The notes under the pieces are model-generated. The model did no database searches and was not told where the DNA came from. It saw nothing but the letters and a program-made list of their open reading frames with translations. From contig NW_013657656.1 in assembly GCF_000142905.1 (NCBI RefSeq), positions 217,758 to 281,757 of the forward strand: a DNA stretch of 64,000 nt, written 5' to 3'. Both the position numbers and the translations under genes were made by a program. The DNA comes from Thecamonas trahens ATCC 50062. Its lineage: Eukaryota; Protista; Apusomonadida. Of this stretch, positions 10,230-21,768 are shown piece by piece. Within the stretch, counting starts at the first letter, position 1. Each line of letters starts with the position of its first letter.

Positions 10230-13200
10230 ATGGGCAATGTCTCGTCGCTGGCCTTCGCCAAGCACAAGCGCAAGTTCACCACCACCACGTACTTGGAGGA
10301 CGTGCCGGTGTACGAGTTCGTGACGGCGCTCAACAACAACGGGAGGTTCTTCAAGACGCTCCACTGCACACATGCTGAAGGCCATGTCGTCCTCAAGGTC
10401 TTTGCCAAGCGTGGCAGCCTCACTGAGCTCTCGCCCTTTGAGGTCATTGTTAAGGAGCCGTTCTACCGCATCTCGCCAGAGACCGCCCCCAACCTGCTCG
10501 CCTTCTCCGCCTTTGCTGAGACCGACAAGGCCGGCTTTATGGCCCGCCCCTACGTGTACAAGGACTTGTATGACCGCCTCTCTACCCGCCCGTTCCTAGC
10601 ACACGTGGAAAAGCTGTGGATCGCCTTCCAGCTCCTCGCCGCTCTCGAGCAGATGGCCGATGTCGGCCTTGCCCACGGCGATATCAAGACCGAGAACGTT
10701 CTCGTCACCTCCTGGGGTTGGCTCTTCCTCTCTGACTTTGCCCAAGCTATCAAGCCGACTCTCATTCCGCAGGACAATCCGGTCGACTTTTCGTTCTTCT
10801 TTGACTCGTCTGGCCGCCGCGCCTGCTTTGTTGCTCCAGAACGGTTCTACGACTCGGCCACAGGCCTGCCCGACGATGTCACCGGCCCTGTTACCCAGGC
10901 CATGGATGTCTTCTCTGCCGGCTGCGTCATCGCAGAGCTCTTCCTGGAAGACACGCCGCTATTTTACCTCGCCGATCTCCTCCGCTACCGCGAGGGCAAG
11001 TTTGACCCGGCGCTCCGTCTCGCCGCGCTTGGCAACCGCCCGCTTGAAGAGCTCATCCTCTCCATGGTTGCCCTCGACCCGCTCGCCCGGCCTACGCCCT
11101 CAGTCCTCCTCGCGTCGCCGCTCTTCCCGGCCTACTTTGCCTCGGACCTCCACCCGCTGCTGGCCACCATGCCGGCCGCCAACCCCGACGACCGTCTCGC
11201 CGCGCTCGCCCACGCCTTTCCGAGCCTTTTGCAGACCATTGCAGACCTTCCCGCCCCACCGCGGCTCCCGCCGTCGCGACTGGCGGCATACTCGGGCTCG
11301 CCAGCGTCGTCGCCTAACGCTTCACTGCACTCGCCGTCTTCGACCGACCAGTCAGGCTCGCCGGCATCGGTGCCGTCCCTGCGCAGTAAGGAGCTCCCGC
11401 AGCACCTGGCAAAAGACACCACAACCGCGTTCCGCGAGCTCAAGCAGTTTATTTCGCGACTCGAGGGCTCTGCCGCCGACACGCCCGCGCTCGCCACAAG
11501 TTCAAGCCGCGCGTCAGCGACCGCGTCGACGCCCGCCATCCCCGCGCCGCGCCCGCCGACCTACCCCGCACCCATCCCTGCAGCCGTCACCTACCTCGCC
11601 CACAAGCAAGCAGTACCAGACGATGGCGCGCTCATTGTCCTCGCGCTTGTCTGCTCCTCGCTCGCCGCCGCTCGCTACCCCGTCTCGCGAGTTGCCGGCC
11701 TCGACATGCTTGCCCAGGGCGCGCTGTTCATCCGCGACGCGTTCATGCTCGAACGGACGCTGCCGTACACGCTCTCGCTCATCGGCGATCGCTCACCGGC
11801 GGTCCGCGCCGCCGTTCTCGAGGGACTCGCGCTCCAGCTACGGACGGTCCGCTCGCTGCCGCGCGCCGAGGTTAATGTCTTTGTCGAGCACATCCTGCCT
11901 GCGCTCGAGGGTCTCGAGGATGACCCGGACGTCCTGGTCCGCACCGCGCTTGCGTCGTCTCTCTCGGACATAGCCCACGCAGCGCTTCTCTTCCTCGAGC
12001 TAGGCCAGGTGTACCGGATCTCACCGCCGACGCCGTCGCCGGCCACAACGCCGCTCTCTACGCCGCGCTCGCTTCTCGCGTCAGCGCTGCTGGACGCGCC
12101 GCCCGCGGCGGCCGCGCCCATCTTTGATGCCCAACTCGACGACCTCAGTACAGCCATCAAGAGCCTCGCCATGGTACTACTGACCGATGCCCAGCCTGTT
12201 GTCCGCCGGGCGCTCCTGCCGCACTTGCCGCAGCTCGCCACTTTCTTCAACCGCTCCGGCTCGTCGGCCTTTCTCCTCTCCCACATGATCACCTACCTCA
12301 ACGACCGCGACTGGCATCTCCGCGCCGAATTTTTTGAGCATGTGGTCGCGGTGGTGGCCGCCACCCGGGTGGGCACCGCCGGTGTCGAGCAGTTCCTCCT
12401 TCCGCTCCTCCACATCGGGCTTGACGACCCCGAAGAGGCCGTGGTTCACCGTGCGTGTGCATGCGTGACTGCCCTCACGCGACTGCGGCTCATCTCGCAC
12501 CCGCAACTCGCGGCGCTCGCCCATCGCATTGCGCCGCTGCTGGGCCACCCAAATCCTTGGATCGGCTATGCTGCTGTTGCGGTGCTGGTTGCGGTTGGTG
12601 ACCAGTTTGACAGCGTTGACGTCCACTGCGTGCTCCTCCCGCTCGCGCGGCCGTACGTCCTCCGCCCGCTTGCCGAGCTCTCCGTCGACGCGCTGCTCGA
12701 GTCGCTCCACCCACCGCTCCCGCGCGAGACGTATACGACTGCGCTTGCCGCACTCGCCGACAACACTGCCGACTTTTGCCACCTTGCCCACGCTCTCGAC
12801 GCCGACCATGCCGGTGCAGCCGCAACACAGCTGGGCGGACACACTATGCCGGCTCATGCGTCGGCCGTGGTCGGCCCGGTCCTTCTCCCGCGGCTTGACC
12901 CGTGGTGGGTCCGCGAGTCGCTCGCTGCGAGCGCCCGTGAACTTGCAGGCGACGAGGCGGCTGGCGCGGCATCGCTGACCGCGGCTGCGCTCGAACCGAT
13001 AGATGAGCTCTCGCTCAGCCTCCACGATGCGATGGCTGCCATTTTTGATGCAAGTCCACTCCCGCGCGAGCACCTCCCGCTGTTGTGGGCCATGCTCCCC
13101 ACCTGGTCCAGCTTGCACTCAAAGGTCGCCGCGGCACCGAGGCGCCAACTGGCGAGTCTGGCCCCAGCCATGTCTCGCTCGCAGCCTTTGCGCCTGTTCG

Positions 13201-14932
13201 CTCGATCTCGGTCCCGATGGCTTCGGTCCGCGAAGCGTCGTCGACAAAGCTCGAGACGCTGCTGGAAGTCATGGGAAGCCAAGGCGGCGCCCCGCTCTCG
13301 TGGCTCACATCGGCGTTGTCGAGTGCTGCGGCGGTGGCAGCGGGCGGAAGCGGTGCAGGTTCAGGGCCGACTGGCTACAAACTCGACGACCTCGAGCTTG
13401 GCTCAATTTCTGAGCTCCCGTCGGAGACCGGCTTCAAGGGCTGGTCGCCGTCAGGTGTCATGGTTGCTCACCTTGCAGAGCATTCCGGGGCAGTGACCGC
13501 GCTGGCGACGGCTGACGACTCGGTCTTCTTTGCGTCGGGCTCGTCCGACGGAAGTGTCAAGATCTGGGACGCCAACGCCCTCGATGGACACCTTGCCGAC
13601 CGGTCGATGGCGACGTTTACCGGGAGCGGGAGCGGGGTCACCGCCGTTTCGTTTGTCGAATCGTCGCACTCTGCAGTGGCCGGCTACGCCGACGGCTCGC
13701 TGGCTGTGGTGCGGATCGACTACGCGCCTTTACCGACACCGCCTGGAGCGCGGCGGTACATGCCGCCGACAGTAGTGCGGAGACTCGAAGGCGGCACCGG
13801 CGGCGGTGTGGTGAGCGTGTGCTCGGCGCCGGGCTCGGCGTCGACGATTGTGTTTGCGACCCGGCGCGGGATGCTTGCCGGGTGGGATATGCGCCAGCGG
13901 CGGCTGGCGTGGCAAATGCAGGTGCCGGCCGAGTACGGCCTGGTCTCGGCACTGAGCGTCGATGGATCGGGTGCGTGGATGGCAGCTGGCGGCGTGCGCG
14001 GCGTGGTCTCGCTGTGGGACCTGCGGTTCACGCTCCCGGTCTCGGCATGGGCGCTTCCGGGTAGCGAGCCGATCACCTCGCTCTCCAAGTATCCGTCTCC
14101 ATGGCAGGCCTCGTGGCTGGTGGTGGGCGCAGGACGGAATAACTGCGTGTCGGTGTGGGACCTCGGTTCGGCACAGTGCACGCAAGTGTGCAGCGTGGCA
14201 AGCCCGAGCGCGGCAGCGGCAGCGCGGAGCGGATCGAGCCTGCATGGCACGTTTCTCTACGGACCACCGTCGCGGGTCGACACTGCTGTGGCAGCTGCGG
14301 CACGAGCGCGGATGCTTGCGCCCGGCGAGCGCGGACTGGAGGCCGCGGTCGACGTCGTGATTGCACCCGAGCTGGAGACTGACCATGCGACGTATGCACT
14401 GCACTCGCCGTCAAATGTTTCGTATGTGCTCGCCGGCGGCGGGCAGCGGAGCCTCAGGCTCTGGGACCTCGCCACTGGCAACGCGTCGTACACAGTGTCA
14501 GACGGGTCACGGCTCCACGGACCGTCGCCGATGTACACCACGGAGACGTCGGCAGATGGAGCGACGGCGTTTATCACAGAAGTCCATGGCGCGGCCGGCG
14601 GCGGTCGGGCCAGTGTCAGCTCTGCGCCGGCCAGCTCGTCAGGCCTCAGCCGCGAGCGGGCGGGCACGACGCGAGCCGGAAAGTCTCGGGCCGGAACCGG
14701 CGACAGCGGGCGAGCACGGGCGGCGTCGACCTCCGACGCCAGCGCAGGTGTCAGCGGCGGAAACGGACATGACGCCGGCGAGGCGCACGCCACCGATGGT
14801 ACAGTTGTCCGCGGCCCGCGCCCGCCGCCGGCCCATCACGCCGACACCATCCTCGCGATCACGTCTGTGGAGCGGCCGTCCAAGATGGTAGTTTCGGGCA
14901 GCCGTGACGGCGTGGTCAAGGTGTGGAAGTAA
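10230..14932 (+). CDS. VPS15: Vps15/PIK3R4 (kinase-like domain, HEAT repeats, WD40); frameshift near 13097-13100
   Basis: MGN myristoylation start; LYDRLSTRPFL, EKLWIAFQLL, HGDIKTEN, FFDSSGRRACFVAPERF, LSHMITYLND; WD40 region VAHLAEH...SGSRDGVVKVWK. Confidence 0.93.
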
Positions 14933-14982
14933 ACGCTGTTGCTACACGCGGCTGCGTAAAGGTGGCAAGTGGGACAGGTGTG

Positions 14983-16722
14983 TTAGCGCGCGCAAGTGGA
15001 ACAGAGCTGCACACCGTCGGCATCGGCGACAATCATGGGCGCCGAGTGCGGGAGGAAGGAGAAGCACGAGGCACAGAGCCACTCGACCGAGACAACGAGG
15101 CCATCGGGGAGAGCGCCGGCCTCGCCGATGCCTCCGGACTGGAGCTCATGGTCGTAGCAGGCAAGCGCCATGTGGACGACCGGGTGGTGCTCGTCCTCCA
15201 GCATGTCTGCCATGGTGAGGTTGAGCGAGAGGAAGGCAGCAAAGGCGGCCGAGGGCGACGAAGCGTGCCGGATGCCGCGGACGCGGATGCGACGGGCAAG
15301 CCATGGGTCGTACGCCTCAGTCTGCTTGGTAAACTGACCGCGCTCGATGGAAGAGCCGGCGGCGACGTCTGCGGTGATGCGGTCGACGAGAGCCTGGAGT
15401 AACATGTCTGCCGCGAGGTACTCGTGCTGACGGATGAGCGAGAAGATGAGGTGGCGGTAGACGTACTCAATGTCTTGGGTGGCGACCATTGAGTCTGCCA
15501 GCTGCGCGGAACACGCTTCCCAGGCAATGACGTCGTCTGAAATCATAGGGCCGAGCGAGTTGGCCTCGGAGCGCGCGAGGGCGGCGGCAAAGTCGGCCGG
15601 CCCGCGGATGGAGGCGAGGGCAGCTGCGTAGCGCGAGGCAACGGCGGTAATGGCCGTGTTGGAGACCACAGCAGCAGTGAGGAGCGAGAGGGCCTTGCCG
15701 TCTGTGGAGAGCGTGAGCGGGGCGAGCTCGGCCTGGAGCGCAACGGCGAAGCGCGACTTGATGGCAGCGATGGCGTCGGAGACCATGTTGATGGCGTCGG
15801 GAACCATCTCGTTGAGCGACTCTTCCTCGCCCTCGAGGCGAGTCCACTGCAGCAGGGCGTCAGTGTAGGCACCGGCGCGCGCCGAGATCATGATTTGCCC
15901 GGCGAGAGCATGGACGCGGTTGCGGACGACGAGCGGGTGGAGCTCGTGAAGCCAGCCGTCAAAAAGCTCATGAGCAACGTCAGAGGCCGAGTCTGCGAGA
16001 GCCTGGAACAGGCCGCGGGTGTCGAGGATGTCGAGGGCGCGGAGGATGAGCCAGACGACCGAGGCTGGGCGGACGCGGAAACGGGCCCAGATGACGTTGC
16101 AGTGTGCAATGGCGACCTGGACAAGGGTGACGGCAGTGTTCTCCACCTGGGCGTCGGTGAGGTTCCCGTGCTCGTCAAGAGCCTTTGCCCAGTGGTTGAT
16201 CTTGAACATGCGAGCTGTGGCGTCGCCGACGGTGTACGCGTCGAGCCACGAGCCAAACTCGCCGTCAAGGACGCCACCGACCTCGTTGTTGACGCCACGG
16301 GTACAGGCGATGACGGCGTCGGCCTCGCGGCGGGTCTGCTCGCACTGCGAGAGGACAGGCGAGGCAGCCAGAGGCGTGGTCTGCATGGCCTGCTTGGCAG
16401 CCTGGGCAAGGGCCTCGGGCGCCCCAGCGCCGCCAACACGAATTCCGACGCCATCCAAGGCTGCAAGAGCCTTGCCCGAGAGGCGGGTCGTCTGCAAGGT
16501 CTTGGCCACGTAGCCCATGAGCAGCGGGCGGAGGCAAGCCGATGGCGCAGCAGGGTCTGCCGTGCCGTAGGTGGCCTCGAGGACGGAGACCACCTTGCAA
16601 AAGTACGCCACAGCGTCCTCGGGTGCACCCGTGGCCAGGACGTGGCTCAGCCTCGCCTCCCAGTCGTCCTCCAGCTGCGACCGGATGTGCACCTGCTGCG
16701 GCGAGAGTGCTGCCATCGCCAT
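14983..16722 (-). CDS. Hypothetical helical protein with C-terminal CxxC...CxxC putative zinc site
   Basis: Long ORF with coding-like codon bias; ends WLCASC...LCSTCAR. The start (MAMAALSP) is uncertain. Confidence 0.65.
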   Translation of the reverse strand: MAMAALSPQQVHIRSQLEDDWEARLSHVLATGAPEDAVAYFCKVVSVLEATYGTADPAAPSACLRPLLMGYVAKTLQTTRLSGKALAALDGVGIRVGGAGAPEALAQAAKQAMQTTPLAASPVLSQCEQTRREADAVIACTRGVNNEVGGVLDGEFGSWLDAYTVGDATARMFKINHWAKALDEHGNLTDAQVENTAVTLVQVAIAHCNVIWARFRVRPASVVWLILRALDILDTRGLFQALADSASDVAHELFDGWLHELHPLVVRNRVHALAGQIMISARAGAYTDALLQWTRLEGEEESLNEMVPDAINMVSDAIAAIKSRFAVALQAELAPLTLSTDGKALSLLTAAVVSNTAITAVASRYAAALASIRGPADFAAALARSEANSLGPMISDDVIAWEACSAQLADSMVATQDIEYVYRHLIFSLIRQHEYLAADMLLQALVDRITADVAAGSSIERGQFTKQTEAYDPWLARRIRVRGIRHASSPSAAFAAFLSLNLTMADMLEDEHHPVVHMALACYDHELQSGGIGEAGALPDGLVVSVEWLCASCFSFLPHSAPMIVADADGVQLCSTCAR

Positions 16723-17486
16723 GCTCGGGTCACGGGGGGAGAGGGCGTGCGGGTCCGACGACGTCTTCCTTACCTTGCTCTCCAAGCTGCAGAGCAGAAA
16801 GTCGAGTGCCTTCCTCCCCCGCTCCAACACTCCGTCGCTCCCCTCCCTGCATGTTGAGCGTGTCCCCGGCGGCTGGCTTCCCGGGCACCTTTTTCGCCGC
16901 ACCTCCGCACCCTCACCGGAACGTCACTACGGACCACTCACGCTGCTCACACCCACCACTTTGTGTGCCATCTCTTCTACTACCTGCCGCCCTCCGCCCA
17001 CTTGCCGTCCATGCCCGTCTCTCTCCCGCAGCCCGCCCCTCGCTCCCGATGACCGTGATTTTGATTGACTCGGCCCCACGCGTGCGTGACGGCCATTCCA
17101 CGCCGTCACACAGCCGGCGGCTTTGCTGCTTTCGGCTATGAGTGACGAACATTCCATGGAAGGCTCCCGATGATGGGACTCTGCCGTCATGGCCCACATC
17201 CATGGGAGGCTTGCCGCATCGCCATGATCAAGACTATCCCGGCAACACATGGGACATGGACTTGGAGACGGTCGCTTTCATACCGCCGCTGGCTGCGCCA
17301 GTCTTCATGACAGCTGCTTGATTGACTTGAAGCAAACGGTGCTTGGCAAGCCTTTTGCGCGGCGACTCGCCGGCTGCCGGCTGGCTCGCCGGCTGGCTCG
17401 TGCTACGGGCGATGGTCAAACCACGACCTTTTTGAGGACAGCACACCACTCGGCCCCGTTCCGCGGCCGCCAGCTCCTGCACCGCC

Positions 17487-20357
17487 ATGACGACGACGTC
17501 GACGCAGGCGCCCGTCGGCGACTTCCTGGATGTGTCGCCTGGCGAGTATGTGGAGCTGCTTGCCGAGTTTGTCGAGGCGTATTGTCTGGCGGACATCGAG
17601 CGGCTGCTCGACGAGCCCGAGCCCGAGGTCTGCTACGGTGTGGCGGTGTCTGTGGTCGAGTTCATGCAGCACAACGTCGAGCTATGCCACATGGTGCTCG
17701 GCCACGCACTCGAGCTGCTACCGCTGTTCGACACCGCGCTGCGGGCGGTGCAGAAAAAGGTGCTGGCGCGAGCGCCGCGGTCGGCCACGGGCGTGGCGCG
17801 GAGCTTCAAGGCCAACTGCAGAGCGCGGCTGTGCTCGCTCCCGGTCTCGCCGCAGACCATCAAGAACAACCTGCCGCGGTCGTGCGACTATGGCCTGTTT
17901 GTCTCGGTCACCGGAACCATTATCCGGACCGGCATGCTCAAGTCGCTCGAGGCCGAGCGCGAGTACGAATGCTCCAAGTGCAAGACCATTGTGACGGCGG
18001 CGGCGGACCTCGAGCGGTACAACGTGATCAACAAGCCGAGCCGGTGCACCAACACCGACTGCGCCTCGACGTCGTTCACCCTCTTTTCCGAGCTCGGCCT
18101 CTGTCGCGACTACCAAGAGATCAAGCTGCAGGAGAAGATGACGTCGCTGGCGGTGGGCAAGATCCCGCGCTCGCTGGTGGTCATTCTGCAGGACGACCTG
18201 GTCGACTCGTGCAAAGCCGGCGACGACGTCACCGTCTGCGGCATTGTGCTCCGTCGGTGGAAGCGCGAGAAGGTGGACGAGCGCGCCGAGCTCGAGCTCA
18301 TTGTGCTTGCCAACCACGTCCAGGTTAACAACCAGTCGCGCGAAGGCTTCACACTCTCGGACGAGATGCGGCGCGAGCTGATGGTGTTCTGGCAGAGTCA
18401 TCAGGACGCGCCGCTTGTTGGGCGCAACGTCATCCTCGGCTCGATCTGTCCACAGATCTTTGGTATGTACATCATCAAGATGGCGGTGGCCATCGTGCTT
18501 GTCGGCGCCGTGCAGAGCGTCGACACCTCCGGCCTCAAGGTCCGCGGTGAGTCGCACTTGTTGCTGGTCGGCGATCCCGGGACCGGCAAGTCCCAGTTTC
18601 TCAAGTACGCTGCCAAGCTCGCGCCGCGCTCGGTCCTCACCACCGGCATCGGCTCGACCAACGCCGGCCTCACAGTAACTGCGGTCAAGGACGCCGGCGG
18701 CGAGTGGATGCTCGAGGCCGGCGCTCTGGTCCTTGCCGATGGCGGCTTTTGCTGCATTGACGAGTTTGACTCGATCCGTGCCCACGACCGCGCCACCATT
18801 CACGAGGCCATGGAGCAGCAAACGCTGTCGGTGGCCAAGGCCGGGTTGGTATGCAAGCTATCGACGAGGACCTCGGTCTTTGCCGCTTGTAATCCCAAGG
18901 GCAAGTACGATCCGACCCAGTCGCTCTCGGTCAACACCGCCATTCCCTCGCCGCTGCTCTCGCGGTTCGACCTCTGCTTTGTCCTCCTCGACGAGCAGGC
19001 CGAGGCATGGGACGCTCTCGTCTCGGCACACATTCTCAAGAACCACACCAAGCCGCGCGACGATGGCGAGCGTGACGACGACGCCGCCACCGCCGGCGGC
19101 CACTCTGGCTTGTCCGGTCGGCAGTCGCGGTCGGCGCGCGGGACCGTCGGGGCCTCGGGCCGCCCAGCCTCGATGTCGTTCTCGCTCGGTGGGCGCTCGT
19201 CACGGTCCAGCGAGGATCCGTCGCGCTCGAGCGACCCGGCGCTTCCGGCGCCCGAGGTCGATCCGTGGTCAATGGAGAAGCTGCGTGCATACATTGCCCT
19301 TGCCAAAGCGGTGTGCCACCCGCGGCTCACCGCGCCCGCCGAAGTCATCCTCAAAACGTACTACCAGCTTCAACGGCAGGCCGACTCGCGCAACGCAGCG
19401 CGGACCACGCTGCGGCTCCTCGAGTCGCTTGTCCGCCTCGCACAGGGCCACGCGCGGCTCATGTTCCGCGAACGCGTCCTCATCCAGGACGCCATTGTGG
19501 CGGTGACGCTCATGGAGGCCTCGATGCACACGTACGCACTCCTGGGTGTGACCTCAGCGCTCCATTCCGGCTTCCCTGACGATCCCGAGCTCGAGTACGG
19601 CGCGCAGCGCTCGCTCATTCTGGACAGGCTCCAGCTCGCGCACCTTGTCGACGACCCAGACGATGTGGACGACGCGCGCCAGGTCTTCTTCGAGACCTGG
19701 CTCTCGCAGCCATCGTCGCAGAGGGTCCGCCGACTCAACGGACTTGTCTCGTCGCAGGGCGGCGGCGGCGGCGCTGGGCCTGCGCGCCGCACCGCCGTCG
19801 GCCCGTCGCGATCCAAGTGGTCCAAGTACGTGACTGGCGGCGGTGGCGACGAGAGTGAGAGCGACGACTCGCAGTCGAGTTCAGGCGACGGCGGCGGCGA
19901 TGACGACATCGGCCACAGCGATGTGGGCCATCGGCCGTCCACGTTCGATGACACGTCCACCACACCAGCCACCGCCGTCACTTCGGCCGCCTTTCGGCCG
20001 CCAGCCGGCATCGCGCCGCAGCTCCCGGCGCATCACGGGGACTCTGGCCCGCCACTGAGGCCGGCCACGGTCTCCTCGCCAGCGCCAGTCCAAGCATCTG
20101 GCCTGGCTGGCTCGACTATCCTGACTGGCGGCAGCGAGCCGACGCCGAGTCAGGGGCCGGTGGCGCCGAGCGTGCCGCGTCCTGAGCTCTCGGCCGGGCC
20201 CCTCGCGCCGACTGGTGCCAACGGGACCGCTGCTCATGAGCTCGACGCCGACGACGACGACGATCTGCCAACCATTCCCACCGATGACCTGCTTATTCCT
20301 GACACGCCGCCCGTGGCGGTCTCGAGCCTCTCGCTCCGGCGGCGGCCGTTCCATTGA
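17487..20357 (+). CDS. MCM9: DNA helicase MCM9
   Basis: DYQEIKLQE; [20 protein letters not shown]; [18 protein letters not shown]; [16 protein letters not shown]; IHEAMEQQT; LLSRFD; [20 protein letters not shown]. Confidence 0.93.
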   Translation: MTTTSTQAPVGDFLDVSPGEYVELLAEFVEAYCLADIERLLDEPEPEVCYGVAVSVVEFMQHNVELCHMVLGHALELLPLFDTALRAVQKKVLARAPRSATGVARSFKANCRARLCSLPVSPQTIKNNLPRSCDYGLFVSVTGTIIRTGMLKSLEAEREYECSKCKTIVTAAADLERYNVINKPSRCTNTDCASTSFTLFSELGLCRDYQEIKLQEKMTSLAVGKIPRSLVVILQDDLVDSCKAGDDVTVCGIVLRRWKREKVDERAELELIVLANHVQVNNQSREGFTLSDEMRRELMVFWQSHQDAPLVGRNVILGSICPQIFGMYIIKMAVAIVLVGAVQSVDTSGLKVRGESHLLLVGDPGTGKSQFLKYAAKLAPRSVLTTGIGSTNAGLTVTAVKDAGGEWMLEAGALVLADGGFCCIDEFDSIRAHDRATIHEAMEQQTLSVAKAGLVCKLSTRTSVFAACNPKGKYDPTQSLSVNTAIPSPLLSRFDLCFVLLDEQAEAWDALVSAHILKNHTKPRDDGERDDDAATAGGHSGLSGRQSRSARGTVGASGRPASMSFSLGGRSSRSSEDPSRSSDPALPAPEVDPWSMEKLRAYIALAKAVCHPRLTAPAEVILKTYYQLQRQADSRNAARTTLRLLESLVRLAQGHARLMFRERVLIQDAIVAVTLMEASMHTYALLGVTSALHSGFPDDPELEYGAQRSLILDRLQLAHLVDDPDDVDDARQVFFETWLSQPSSQRVRRLNGLVSSQGGGGGAGPARRTAVGPSRSKWSKYVTGGGGDESESDDSQSSSGDGGGDDDIGHSDVGHRPSTFDDTSTTPATAVTSAAFRPPAGIAPQLPAHHGDSGPPLRPATVSSPAPVQASGLAGSTILTGGSEPTPSQGPVAPSVPRPELSAGPLAPTGANGTAAHELDADDDDDLPTIPTDDLLIPDTPPVAVSSLSLRRRPFH

Positions 20358-20384
20358 ACTCGGCGTGGCGAATGCGGGAGCGGA

Positions 20385-21611
20385 ATGAGCGACACAGCTC
20401 TCCCCGCCCAACCAAACGGGATGGATCCCAACTCACACTACGAGCTCCCGACGTACGAGGATGCCGTGGCAGCCAACGGACCGGTGCGAGTGCGGCCCAG
20501 GCCGCCACCGACACCGCCGCCGCGGAGTGCTGTCACACCTGCCGTGCCACCGCTGCCACGACCAGGTGCGAACGGCGACGCCGAAGCCGGCCAGCCGGCG
20601 CGGCCGACCGGAATGGCGGCGTACCGGACGCAGGGCGCAGCAGGGGCGGACGAGTCGTCTGAAGTCGAGCTGCGGTCGACGGCGTGCGGGCGGTGCTGCG
20701 GCGGGTGGTACACGCGGCTCATGCTGGTGGCGCAACTGCTCATGTACGCGGCGGCGACGGGTGGGGTCATGTGGCTCGGCTATGCAACGGGCAATCCGGC
20801 GATCCCACTCTCGCTCGGTCTGGTGAGCTTTATCGTTGTCATGCCGTGTCTCTCGCTGTTCTGCTGCTACCTGCCGTGTGCGTTGGCGCTCGACGAGTCG
20901 ATCGAAGCGCAGTGGGATGAGCACGAGGACCTGTACCTCGGGGCGTGCACGTTGACAGCGATGGCGCTGGCGATCGCGTGCTGTGTGGTGGCGTCGGCAG
21001 CCGGGGTGTTCTCGGCCGAGCTAGGCGCGCTATCGAATCCGGACCTGCGGTGGTCGGGCGCGGTACCTGCCGATCAGTCGCCGCAGCTGCTGGCGCTCTC
21101 GGAGAAGCGGTTCTTCTCGTTTGCGGCGATGGAGATGCCGATCTCGGTGACCGGCGTACACGTGTCTAAGCAAAAACGCAAATCGGGCGTTTTGCTCCTG
21201 CCAACGCTCGCCACGCCAATCACGGCCCCCAACGGGACCGAGGTCAACGTGTGGGCGTGCGCGTGCACCAAGCCGCGCTCGTACGGCTGCCGCCAGTTCC
21301 CGGCAGTCGATGTGACGTCGGGTGATCGGCAGGGAGCGTGGCGGAAGCCAAGCATCAACGGTGGCGTCAGAGTGACTTCCAAGAAGCTGCTGGACGTGTG
21401 CCGACGGGCAGCCGGCGACGCAGTCAACAAGCGTGGCTTCCGGGACCAGTATCAGCTCGGGCTCCCTGTCCATGAAGCGGTCTTCATCGAGTGGGCCTCC
21501 CTCCCGCGGTACCGCACAAAGCTGTACGTCATCATTTGGTCGGTGACGGCCTCGTTTGGCGGCGCCGCCCTTGTGTTTGTCCTCTGCTGGTGCGGCATCG
21601 TGGACAATTAG
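20385..21611 (+). CDS. Uncharacterised four-TM protein, paralog 1
   Basis: Four hydrophobic segments; LPTY motif; VWACACxKPRxYGCR motif shared with 21769 and 61199. Confidence 0.8.
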   Translation: MSDTALPAQPNGMDPNSHYELPTYEDAVAANGPVRVRPRPPPTPPPRSAVTPAVPPLPRPGANGDAEAGQPARPTGMAAYRTQGAAGADESSEVELRSTACGRCCGGWYTRLMLVAQLLMYAAATGGVMWLGYATGNPAIPLSLGLVSFIVVMPCLSLFCCYLPCALALDESIEAQWDEHEDLYLGACTLTAMALAIACCVVASAAGVFSAELGALSNPDLRWSGAVPADQSPQLLALSEKRFFSFAAMEMPISVTGVHVSKQKRKSGVLLLPTLATPITAPNGTEVNVWACACTKPRSYGCRQFPAVDVTSGDRQGAWRKPSINGGVRVTSKKLLDVCRRAAGDAVNKRGFRDQYQLGLPVHEAVFIEWASLPRYRTKLYVIIWSVTASFGGAALVFVLCWCGIVDN

Positions 21612-21768
21612 CTGTCGCCGGAAGCCTGCAGGTGTGCCTCGTTTTGCCCATTTTTTTTTTGTTTTTGCGGTTCGCTCGCGGTTCTGCCCTGCGTAGCTCC
21701 CGCTAGCGTGAGGCTGAAGGTGATGCGGAAGACCTCGTTGGCATAGCTCCACTTGTCCCGCTGCAAGA

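Noticed and set aside
10230-14932. Vps15, XPNPEP3, SDR and mannosidase as pseudogenes
   Set aside because: Each has one single-base lesion with intact motifs and no other decay; sequencing error is more parsimonious.
17100-17400. Possible C/D snoRNA upstream of MCM9
   Set aside because: An ATGATG-like element is present, but I found no convincing CTGA box with a terminal stem.
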